A stretch of 44,600 nucleotides of DNA from the NCBI RefSeq assembly GCF_001194135.2, contig NC_068983.1, positions 2,505,700-2,550,299 of the forward strand. The letters are read 5' to 3'. Below the pieces are notes generated by a model. It was not told where the DNA came from. It worked only from the letters and a program-made list of their open reading frames with translations, and ran no database searches. Below are positions 34,396 to 44,600 of the stretch, in pieces (position 1 is the first letter of the stretch; each line of letters opens with the position of its first letter). A program made the translations under genes and the position numbers. The stretch is from Octopus bimaculoides. Its lineage: Eukaryota.

Positions 34396-35419
34396 CCACA
34401 ACAACTTGCAGCAATAGCAACACTAAATCGCAACAGCACTTTACTGTGAACACTAAATTGATAATTACATCATCAAAGAAACTTAATTAGGAAATGGAAC
34501 AGAACGTGTAATGAAGAGTAAATTAAAAGGAAATGTGATCAGAAGGGGTTTCTTTATGAAAAAACGGAACTGTTCAAAGATCGGCGGAGAAAGCAGTTGT
34601 GATTGGTGATCGGTGATTGGTTTAATATCGATGAATCATATCAATACCGTTGTTATTATTGTGTGGATGTGAGTGAAGCAGCAAAGTCATAAAGTTGTTT
34701 ACTGTGTGAGTTGTCATCGAAGTTGTGAACTAGAACCACTCCTTAAATGTGTGATGACACACCTATTACTGAAGGCTGACTCATGGAGAGGTAGGGGTGG
34801 GCAGTCGTGTTGTGTGTGTGGAGGAGGTGGGAATAAAGAATCCTTTTACAGACAGCTGTGACTGTAACACAACATAAAACAACAGAGAACGACAAAAACA
34901 GTAGCAAAAACAATAGCAACAAAAACAACACAACAATAGCAACAAAAGCAGAAACAGCACAACAGACGCACACCTAGCGAAGTATCACAACAATATTACA
35001 TCTCAATATCTCGCGCGTCACAATAACAATAGACGGGCGTGCGGTAGAAGAAACTTCCCATTTTTATTATTCCAATCCACATTAAACTGGTAAGGCTAGG
35101 CAGATGGCAGCGGTGTTTTTGTGTAGCTGATGGCTTACCATTTTGTTTTGCAGTTATCGTTGGGGTCTGGATTGATGCACATTGTGCATTTGCATTTCGA
35201 AATGTTTGTTAATCTGCAAAATGTGGGCGGTTATTTCTGCCGCACCGTGTAGACTAGACAAGCAACTACAACAATAACATCAGTGGAGACAACAACAAAT
35301 GCAAGAGTGTCATTAATAAGCGAATAAATTTCAAACTGTTAGAAACAGCAGCTAAATTGCACTCGAAGCATATTCTGCAGATATTTTATTTAAAAAAAAA
35401 ATTAGCACATTCCGCAGTG

Positions 35420-36700
35420 TACTATGAAAGGAAGGGATGGGTATGATTGGATCGTCTTTAATTCGTGTCTAGCTGGATCAGAGTTGACCTGGGGTTAAAG
35501 ATTCATAACAACAATGGCGTCGTTACATTGCATTGTCATAACAACAGAAATAGGGGCATCTTTAGGGAGGAGACAAGAACGACACAAACAATAGCGAAAT
35601 TTCTACAATAATATTCACAAACACCACATCTTAGTAATTTCGGCAACATCGAGAACAATGATGACAGCCACAACATCACATCACCATCAACAACAACAGT
35701 AAGCCTAGTAGCACTCACAGTCACAGCATCACAGCCACGACATCACATCAGTGACTTTACAATAAATGCAGCTTTATTAGTAACGTTCACATTTGTCCCA
35801 GCATTACAGCCACAACATCATCGTCAACGTTAATAGCAAAAATAACAACACTCACAAACGGGCCTCTGTAGGCAGTCGTTCGCTAGGCTAGAAATAGCAG
35901 CCCAGTCTCCCCTTAGAATTACATTCTACTGTCACAGAAAAGGAAATATGACAGTTTGCCGGGGATTGATTTTTGTCTGGAACAAAAAGACGTGATGTGC
36001 ATGGATGGAATGTTTTTGTAAATGTGAACTAAGCAACAACACTAACAATGACAACTACAAAGTGACTTAAAAGCAGAACCGAATGTACAGCAAGATCATT
36101 GACCGAAGAGTAAGGAAAATGATAAAACACTGACAACAACAACAACAACAACAGCAAAAATTGCAACAACAACAGCTTTGAAAATAGTAACAATTGCGAC
36201 AAGACAACAATAGCAACAACAACAAAGATATCGAGGCAACACGGGAGTCTTTATGCGGTCACACGACCTGTTAGAAATAGCAGCCAAACTCGTTCGTATC
36301 ACACCCTCGCCGTCTTAGGAAACGACACGTTTAATAACGTAGTAGTGTGTTTTTGTGAAAATGTGAAAAGAGACGGAGTGGTCATGGGTGGAGGGTCGTT
36401 AATTATACGTTCGTGTGTGTCGTTGATCAGGTCTGACCTGGGATTAAACAACAAAGACGAAAACAACAACAACAAATTAAGGTCGAGAAGACTACGTGGC
36501 CACTTGACCTGCTAGAAACAGCAGGCAAATTCCTTAGATACTTTGGATGATGTAGTCTCAGATAGACAAATAACGACAGGATGGCTACGGCTAGCAAGTC
36601 TTTTATATAAACAAACATGGATTGACAGACAGACACACACACACAGACAGATAGACGGCTCAACCAGGATTGACCTAGGGTTAAACAAGAGCAGAGAAAT
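35420..36700 (+). mobile_element. Cluster of repeat family E fragments within an (AAC)n-rich field
   Basis: CT(G/A)(C/G/T)TAGAAA(T/C)AGCAG at about 35885, 36268 and 36508; tail TGACCT(G/A)GG(G/A)TTAAA at about 35485, 36433 and 36672. Confidence 0.65.
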
Positions 36701-36761
36701 AAAGAATAGCAGCAAGTCTACAACGATAACAATACAGGAACCAAAGCGAATGCATTTAATA

Positions 36762-36810
36762 CCATCATCATTATCATCATCATCATCATCATCATCATCA
36801 TCTTCCTCAG

Positions 36811-36857
<47 letters not shown>
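36762..36857. repeat. (ATC)n microsatellite
   Basis: Direct reading. Confidence 0.95.
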
Positions 36858-38319
36858 CCGTGACCATCGTCATGGTCACTGTCAAAGTGTATTTAAAGAA
36901 ACAACTTACCGATATTGAAGGCCAAATTAAGAGAGTAGAGCCATGTTGTAGCAGCTGGGTTTCAAGAGAGAGAAACAAACAGTTTTTAGTGTTGTGTTGG
37001 GTCCAGAGAAAAAGAAGAAGAAAAAGATGAAGAAAACAGAAGAAGAAGGAGACGAGGAAGATTTGAAATAGAAGCGAAGTGACGGTTTGAAAAATAACTG
37101 GAATGGTTAAAGCAGGGGAGAAGGAGAAGGAGGTGGAAGAGGAGGGGGAGAAGGTGTAGAAAGAGAAGGGAGCGAGTAAGAGTGAGAGAAAGAGAGAATG
37201 AGAGAGGTTGGGGAGAAAGGGAGGAAGTAGATGTGGTAGCAGGGTAGAGAAACAGAGAGAGAGAGAGAGAGAGAGACAAAGAAAGCACACAACAGCTATA
37301 ACTCGCCGCTCACGTCACATCGTTTCCTATATTGTGATGTATGTGTGTGTACACACACACACACATACACACACACACACATATATATTTATTACTATAT
37401 AAACAGCATACAGCTATGTATATATATATACATGTGTGTGTGTTTACATGTGTTTGCAGCCACTTGTTTTCCCTAACATTGCGTGTGAAGGGGGGGGGGG
37501 GGTACAAGAGCCACATTAGCAGGTTAGCATCGCACACACATCCATTCGGCACACACACGCACGNNNNNNNNNNCATCGCACACACATCCATTCGGCACAC
37601 ACACGCACGCACATGTCTACCCTTATGTTACAGACATACACACGAATGTTACGTAGTCACCACACTTTACGCATCTTCTCAATGCAAACAGAGACACTTA
37701 TAAACATTCATATATATACGTGTGTGCGCGCGCGTGTATACATCTATATATATTTGTATGTACTTATGCAGATATATAAACACACAGACACACACACACA
37801 CACACAGACACTCATTAATATAGCCAAGCCGAAAGTTGCAAGACTCACAGATATATACAAACATTACCTTCGTGTTCTGAGTTGCAAATCACTTTATATT
37901 GTTTTCTCAACACACACGCATGCGCTGTCTATTTGTCTGTCTGTCTATCTGTCTATCTGTCTGTCTATGTGTCTATCTGTCTGTCTGCTTAGCTGTCTGT
38001 CTATCTCTCTCTCCGTCTCTGTCTCTCTCTCTGTCTCTGTCTCTCTCTATCTCTCTCTCTCTCTCTCTATCTATCTCTCACGCCTTCTCTTTCTCTCTTT
38101 CTCACACTCTTGCACTTTTTCGCTTTCTCTCTCAGACACAAACACACACACACACACACAGACAAACATTAGCTCGCTTTCCCTCCCTCTCTTTCTCGCT
38201 CTCCCTCCCCCCCTCTCTCGCAGGCGCACACACAGACAACTTAATAGTTTCGAACTATACACACATAGGAATAACAACTTAGTCGGTGTGTGTGTGTGTG
38301 TGTGTGTGTAATGCGTGTG

Positions 38320-38400
38320 TGTTCTATTGTCTTAGTTCCATTTTAGCCCTAATCGAATAGATCTATGATGAAATGCATTCCAGCCGTGACTCTCTTGCCT
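38320..38400 (-). mobile_element. Repeat family E 3' fragment
   Basis: Reverse complement GAGAGTCACGGCTGGAATGCATTTCATCATAGATCTATTCGATTAGGGCT matches GATGGTTACGGTTGGAATGTCTTTTGATCATA of the 20925 copy. Confidence 0.6.
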
Positions 38401-39992
38401 TTTTTCCTGAACACATGGGTTGTAGNNNNNNNNNNNNNNNNNNNNNNNNNNNNNNNNNNNNNNNNNNNNNNNNNNNNNNNNNNNNNNNNNNNNNNNNNNN
38501 NNNNNNNNNNNNNNNNNNNNNNNNNNNNNNNNNNNNNNNNNNNNNNNNNNNNNNNNNNNNNNNNNNNNNNNNNNNNNNNNNNNNNNNNNNNNNNNNNNNN
38601 NNNNNNNNNNNNNNNNNNNNNNNNNNNNNNNNNNNNNNNNNNNNNNNNNNNNNNNNNNNNNNNNNNNNNNNNNNNNNNNNNNNNNNNNNNNNNNNNNNNN
38701 NNNNNNNNNNNNNNNNNNNNNNNNNNNNNNNNNNNNNNNNNNNNNNNNNNNNNNNNNNNNNNNNNNNNNNNNNNNNNNNNNNNNNNNNNNNNNNNNNNNN
38801 NNNNNNNNNNNNNNNNNNNNNNNNNNNNNNNNNNNNNNNNNNNNNNNNNNNNNNNNNNNNNNNNNNNNNNNNNNNNNNNNNNNNNNNNNNNNNNNNNNNN
38901 NNNNNNNNNNNNNNNNNNNNNNNNNNNNNNNNNNNNNNNNNNNNNNNNNNNNNNNNNNNNNNNNNNNNNNNNNNNNNNNNNNNNNNNNNNNNNNNNNNNN
39001 NNNNNNNNNNNNNNNNNNNNNNNNNNNNNNNNNNNNNNNNNNNNNNNNNNNNNNNNNNNNNNNNNNNNNNNNNNNNNNNNNNNNNNNNNNNNNNNNNNNN
39101 NNNNNNNNNNNNNNNNNNNNNNNNNNNNNNNNNNNNNNNNNNNNNNNNNNNNNNNNNNNNNNNNNNNNNNNNNNNNNNNNNNNNNNNNNNNNNNNNNNNN
39201 NNNNNNNNNNNNNNNNNNNNNNNNNNNNNNNNNNNNNNNNNNNNNNNNNNNNNNNNNNNNNNNNNNNNNNNNNNNNNNNNNNNNNNNNNNNNNNNNNNNN
39301 NNNNNNNNNNNNNNNNNNNTAGGTGTATATGTCACAACGACCTCGAACCCACAAGAGTAAACAAAAGAGACAGAGAGAGGCAGAAACAAGGAAAATGCCC
39401 CTTGTATTTGAATACTATGCAAATATTCTTTTAAAAGAACTTTTCATTTAACCTTTCAAAAATGTTATCGTTTTCCATTCTTACAATTGGAAAAGTCTCA
39501 ATGACCGAAACCGGTACTGAAATGTTGTTTATAAAATTATTTTACCATTTTCTACTCTGACTTTTCTACTCTGACGCGGTAGTTTACTGGTAAAGCACAG
39601 TCACTTTCGCAGTTATCGATACGTATATGGCAAATGAAAGACAGAAGATGGTATATACGAGGATTTATTAATCACAATTGTCGGGATTAATGACAGATTC
39701 TTGTGTGTCTGTGTCTGTGTGTGTGTGTGTGTGTATGTGTGTGTGTGTGTACAGATAGATAGACCCCCTTTGTCACCTTTCACTAATGTCTACCAATTCT
39801 TCTTGTCCCCTTGTTGGTCACCTGACACAATCTTTTGCCCCCACCCTCTCTCTTCTCCCGGCCCCACTCTTCTATTTCAACTTACCCACACACTACAACA
39901 CCATCGACATTTATCACGCCTTGTTGCGGAGGCTCTGATCTCACAACTGTACTTTGTCATTGCCACCTGTTATCCTATCACCTCCCCCACCT

Positions 39993-40036
<44 letters not shown>

Positions 40037-41121
40037 TTGCAACTGACTATTTATCTGTTATGGCCTTTAATGATCTTCACAAAATATTATGTCATCCGTC
40101 AAAACAGTTGAGAGCAAAGTTTATGGAATTCACTTTTATGTGTGTATAAATGTGAGAAGGTACATACATATATACACACTTAAGTGGCAATATACTACAC
40201 TTTATCGTGCAGTTACTGTTAATACTTCATTTAGAGAATTAACATTGCTTCTTTTCANNNNNNNNNNNNNNNNNNNNNNNNNNNNNNNNNNNNNNNNNNN
40301 NNNNNNNNNNNNNNNNNNNNNNNNNNNNNNNNNNNNNNNNNNNNNNNNNNNNNNNNNNNNNNNNNNNNNNNNNNNNNNNNNNNNNNNNNNNNNNNNNNNN
40401 NNNNNNNNNNNNNNNNNNNNNNNNNNNNNNNNNNNNNNNNNNNNNNNNNNNNNNNNNNNNNNNNNNNNNNNNNNNNNNNNNNNNNNNNNNNNNNNNNNNN
40501 NNNNNNNNNNNNNNNNNNNNNNNNNNNNNNNNNNNNNNNNNNNNNNNNNNNNNNNNNNNNNNNNNNNNNNNNNNNNNNNNNNNNNNNNNNNNNNNNNNNN
40601 NNNNNNNNNNNNNNNNNNNNNNNNNNNNNNNNNNNNNNNNNNNNNNNNNNNNNNNNNNNNNNNNNNNNNNNNNNNNNNNNNNNNNNNNNNNNNNNNNNNN
40701 NNNNNNNNNNNNNNNNNNNNNNNNNNNNNNNNNNNNNNNNNNNNNNNNNNNNNNNNNNNNNNNNNNNNNNNNNNNNNNNNNNNNNNNNNNNNNNNNNNNN
40801 NNNNNNNNNNNNNNNNNNNNNNNNNNNNNNNNNNNNNNNNNNNNNNNNNNNNNNNNNNNNNNNNNNNNNNNNNNNNNNNNNNNNNNNNNNNNNNNNNNNN
40901 NNNNNNNNNNNNNNNNNNNNNNNNNNNNNNNNNNNNNNNNNNNNNNNNNNNNNNNNNNNNNNNNNNNNNNNNCAAATGTCTATGCATATTGTTTATTCTT
41001 TACTAGTTTCAACTCGAGAGCTGCGGCCCACGCTGGGGCATATATATATATATATACAGGGCCTTTCGTTCGCGATACCCTTAAAAACAGGAACTTTTCA
41101 GCACCCTCTCTTGTATATATA

Positions 41122-41161
<40 letters not shown>

Positions 41162-41164
<3 letters not shown>

Positions 41165-41382
41165 GAGGGGGCCGAAGAGTTCCTGGTCTTAAGGGAATCG
41201 CAAAAGGCCTTGGTAGAGACCCAACGTTCCGAGTTCTTTGACAGGGCTTTGAAAATTTAAAGCGGCCCGTTTGAATTAATGTGTAACTCTGAGAGGCGAA
41301 TATGTTAAATAAAATCATAATTAACAGATCCCCTTGTATTTTCTTTAACCCAGAGTCAGGGACTTTTCAGCAACCCTTCGTA
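41162..41382. mobile_element. Mariner-like MITE (~220 bp), plus a third TIR copy at 41078-41115
   Basis: Left GAGGAGGGGGCCGAAGAGTTCCTGGTCTTAAGGG and right AACCCAGAGTCAGGGACTTTTCAGCAACCCTTCGTA are imperfect reverse complements; right end finishes in TA within a TA/TG microsatellite. Confidence 0.6.
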
Positions 41383-41848
41383 TGTGTGTGTGTGTGTGTG
41401 TGTGTACTTTGATATTTTGATACGGTTTCGGCCAGCATTGGCCCAGGCCATGTCTAACTAAATAGCACCACCTGGCAATGTATAAATATGTATATATATA
41501 TATTGTATATTGTTCATAGCTAAGCACTGCTTTGCACCAATGCTTCGTTATTTATCTCGATCGGGCGATCTACTTGAGCAAATCAGTCAACGGATTGACT
41601 GAATTATATATAAAGCTACAAGCTTTATTTAATTTGTTCAGAGTTGCCTCACTTAGGTGCATCTCATTGACAAGAGTCAAACAACTCGAAACATCGTTGT
41701 CTGAGATTCCTAACAGATGGCGGCACTGAACGAATTGGTATTTTCACACCTTTTTTAGAGATTTTTTCTCCATGGTAACTGCAATGTATTTGCCTTTAGC
41801 AGTTGAAATATGTGACAAATATATTCCAACGAACCTAAATTGTGCTCA

Positions 41849-41885
<37 letters not shown>

Positions 41886-42934
41886 TTGTCTATGCCAGGT
41901 TTTCTTTCCTTTCCCTTTTCCTTTTGTTTATATTGTATGCTCTTGTTTTTTACTCTGATGAAGATCCATTGCCTTAATTTGAATGCTCTATGAAGATGAA
42001 GAACTTTCTCGCATTTAAGTATAGACTGCATTTAGGCAATCCGATCAGTAACAGCCGTAAGATATGCTACGTCCCCTATTTTGTTATGTCATACTTTGTA
42101 TTAAAAAATAAGCTATCTGTGGTTTTCTCCATTTTCTAATTATTTGCATTGGTTTCTGATAAACTCTTGTTTATCCTTTTGTTATCTACACTCTATGTGC
42201 ATAGTGTGCCTGCGCACGAATGTCCGGGGATAATACAAGTAAAGGATACCAATAGAATATACGATATTTTATCCCGTAGTCGGTTACTATAACCGCTAAC
42301 TCTGATATACAAATATATATACATATATACATACATATATCATACGCAGAAGCACACGTTCATTAGTTACAGAATTCAATAGAATCTAGGCACATTAACA
42401 CGCAGGACGCCAGAACTGGCTAGGTGCAAAAACAGAAGTCTCAAAGTGAGATAAAACAACTCCGAAGGTATCATGTGTTGGCAGGATAGTGTAAATATGT
42501 AAGTGTCATATGCAATTTAAACCACAGACCCGCCTCGGGGTTGGTTCTGGGTGCGGTGCAGGTATAAAATAAAACACAAATAGGATTTTTTAAAATTTAC
42601 GACAGCTGTTTCGGTAGAACTTTATTGATGTGTAAATAAAATTTTTTAAAAATTACTGTTGTAAATTTAAAAACCGATTTGTGTTCCTTTGTATTTATAT
42701 ATCCACATATATACATACAGGTTGAACACACACACACACATGCATATATNNNNNNNNNNNNNNNNNNNNNNNNNNNNNNNNNNNNNNNNNNNNNNNNNNN
42801 NNNNNNNNNNNNNNNNNNNNNNNNNNNNNNNNNNNNNNNNNNNNNNTACATATATTTAAACTGGCAATATGACCATCCCCAAGTACAACAATATATATAT
42901 ATATATATGCGCGCGCATGTGTGTGAGAGAGAGA

Positions 42935-43140
42935 GTTTATGTCTGTGTGTCTGTGTTTGCCCTCAACACTGCTTGACAACCGGTGCTTATGTTTACGTCC
43001 CTGTAACGTAGCGGTTTGACAAAAGTACCCGATAGAATAAATTTCGGGCTTAAAAAAAGGGTCGATTCATTCGACTAAAATTCTTGAAGTTGGTGCCCCA
43101 GCATGGTCGCTGTCTAATGACTAAAACAAGTAAAAAAAAT
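42935..43140 (+). mobile_element. SINE family A, 3' half; a second isolated tail at about 43218-43265
   Basis: TGCTTGACAACCGGTG...GTAACGTAGCGGTTTGACAAAAG...GGTGCCCCAGCATGGTCGCTGTCTAATGACTAAAACAAGTAAAA. Confidence 0.85.
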
Positions 43141-44024
43141 AATGAAAGATTTATATATCCGTTACATGTTCCTAAGTTAGAAGAAAGGCACACTCTAAAA
43201 GAGAAACAGAATTGTTATACGGTGGTGCTCCAGTATGACCGCAGCCCCATGGGTGAAACGTTGGAAGTAGAAATATACAGATTCCAGCTGACCTTTTAAA
43301 ACATCCCTTCCTCTTTTAATCACCATTATTAGCTGCGCCTTTGTCATTATTTAGCCTAGTTTTAAAAGGGCCCCCACTTTGCCTCAACATATTTCTGTGT
43401 GTGTGACCGTGCCTAATTGTTGTTGTACAACCCTAACTAATCCCTTGCTTTGTAAACTATGGCAACTACCTTGGCACTGAGCACTCATTTCCAACCTAGA
43501 CATGAGCATCTTGCTTCTGTGTGTTCACTAAAATATGGGGCGTTCACTAAAATATGCAATTCTTTTCGTTTTGATATTAGACGCACAGCTCAACGAGACC
43601 CTTAAATTATGCCTTTTAAATAATATCCTACACCTACAGGACTTAATAAAATTCTTTCATACTTATCTAAGAAAGGCCCTTCCCACGTTGAGAAACAAAG
43701 GTGGGGGTAAACCAGAACACTTTACTGCTGCACTTACTCTTGACGGCTCAGGATGTGATCCTTAACCCTGCTGCTTGACAGATTCTCGTTAAAATACAGG
43801 GCCGGTGCGTTGTACCCCAGTTTGTCATCGCCGATCGAACCAGCACCGTATATTTACTTCCTGTATCAAAGAAGCTACGCTCTTCTGGTCAGTGTTTCTG
43901 AAGAGTCGTTATTATTGATTTGTAAAATGTAATGGTCGACGCGAAACCATCGGTAAGTGTTTGTCCAACTATTCCGGCCACAACCAGAATTAAACTACTC
44001 GACGATAGATGCCGTTTCATCTTT

Positions 44025-44300
44025 TATCTTTTATCTTTTTCTTGTTTTAGTTATTAAACTGCGGCTCTGCTGGGGCACCGCCTTGAAGAATTTTAGCGGA
44101 ACGAATCAATGCCACTATTATTTATTAAGACTAGTATACATTCTATCCGCCTCATTTGCTGAACCGCTATGTTACGGGGACGTAAACACAACGACACTTG
44201 ATGTCAAACGTGTTGGGTGACAAACACAGACATACACACACACACACTACCTCACACATACATACACACACGCGAAAACGCATACACACACATAAACACA
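44025..44300 (-). mobile_element. SINE family A, 3' half
   Basis: CTGCGGCTCTGCTGGGGCACCGCCTT...GCTGAACCGCTATGTTACGGGGACGTAAACAC...GTCAAACGTG. Confidence 0.85.
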
Positions 44301-44367
44301 CATACCTACTCAAACACAGTAACATACATACATACATACATACATACATACATACATACGTATATAC

Positions 44368-44477
44368 AAAAATACCCTGTTGTTGATGTTGAAATTCCAA
44401 TGAAGGAGCCTTGGATCTTGGTTAGAAACCTGGTCTTTCTCTATTGACAAGAAATCTTGAAATAAACTGATAAACGA
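44368..44477 (+). mobile_element. R4/Dong-like element, terminal 110 bp of 3' UTR
   Basis: AAAATACCCTGTTGTTGATGTTGAAATTCCAATGAAGGAGCCTTGGATCT...GACAAGAAATCTTGAAATAAAC, flanked on both sides by (ACAT)n. Confidence 0.85.
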
Positions 44478-44565
44478 CATACATACACATGTGTGTGTAT
44501 GTATATATGTATGTATGTATGTACATACGTATATATTTATATATGCATATAAATATATATATGCA

Positions 44566-44600
<35 letters not shown>

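Noticed and set aside
35086-35140. Possible pre-miRNA hairpin (TGGTAAG/CTTACCA)
   Set aside because: Only 7 contiguous pairs followed by large internal loops; no known mature miRNA recognised.
36718-37290. 190-aa minus-strand ORF with poly-Met and Phe/Leu/Ser-rich sequence
   Set aside because: Produced by a purine-rich tract plus (ATC)n; low-complexity artefact.
37528-37609. Exact 36-bp direct repeat around a 10-N spacer
   Set aside because: Identical sequence on both sides of a 10-N gap is the signature of an unmerged contig overlap. The same probably applies at 8700-8790 and 21890-22130.
41953-41975. CTCTGATGAAGATCC hammerhead 5' half
   Set aside because: No matching GGATC-GAAA 3' half nearby.
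4338-42979. Long ORFs consisting of X runs, or of YI/CV/HT/SL dipeptide repeats
   Set aside because: They span N gaps or dinucleotide microsatellites that lack stop codons; no coding evidence.

Overview
Eukaryotic, AT-rich, repeat-dominated non-coding DNA (intergenic or deep intronic), about 4.3 kb of it N in 11 assembly gaps. The dense (CA)n/(TA)n/(GA)n/(ATAC)n microsatellites and the tRNA-headed SINE families resemble what I recall from octopod cephalopod genomes (Octopus); this is an inference, not a database result. No intact protein-coding gene, rRNA, genuine tRNA or CRISPR array is supported. Almost all supplied ORFs are microsatellite or gap artefacts, and the only recognisable protein fragments are from non-LTR retrotransposons: CR1/L2-like RT ends at 1840-2305 and 12953-13090, and R4/Dong-like RLE ends at 7122-7547, 20640-20912 and 31953-32898. 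At least four SINE-like families (here called A, B, C, E) and several MITE-like inverted repeats are present. The best lead is a 297-bp element at 15635-15931 flanked by a 12-bp target-site duplication. It joins a Pol III tRNA-like head to an apparently intact minimal hammerhead ribozyme of the Penelope type. Several decayed hammerhead-like motifs in other sequence contexts occur in the window, two of them inside a 490-bp direct repeat pair. Other leads are an RLE retrotransposon associated with (ACAT)n, a 5'-inverted CR1-like insertion that shares its 3' tail with SINE family A, a 60-bp-arm palindrome, a tandem E-box/X-box cluster, and a possible isolated Cys-rich exon.
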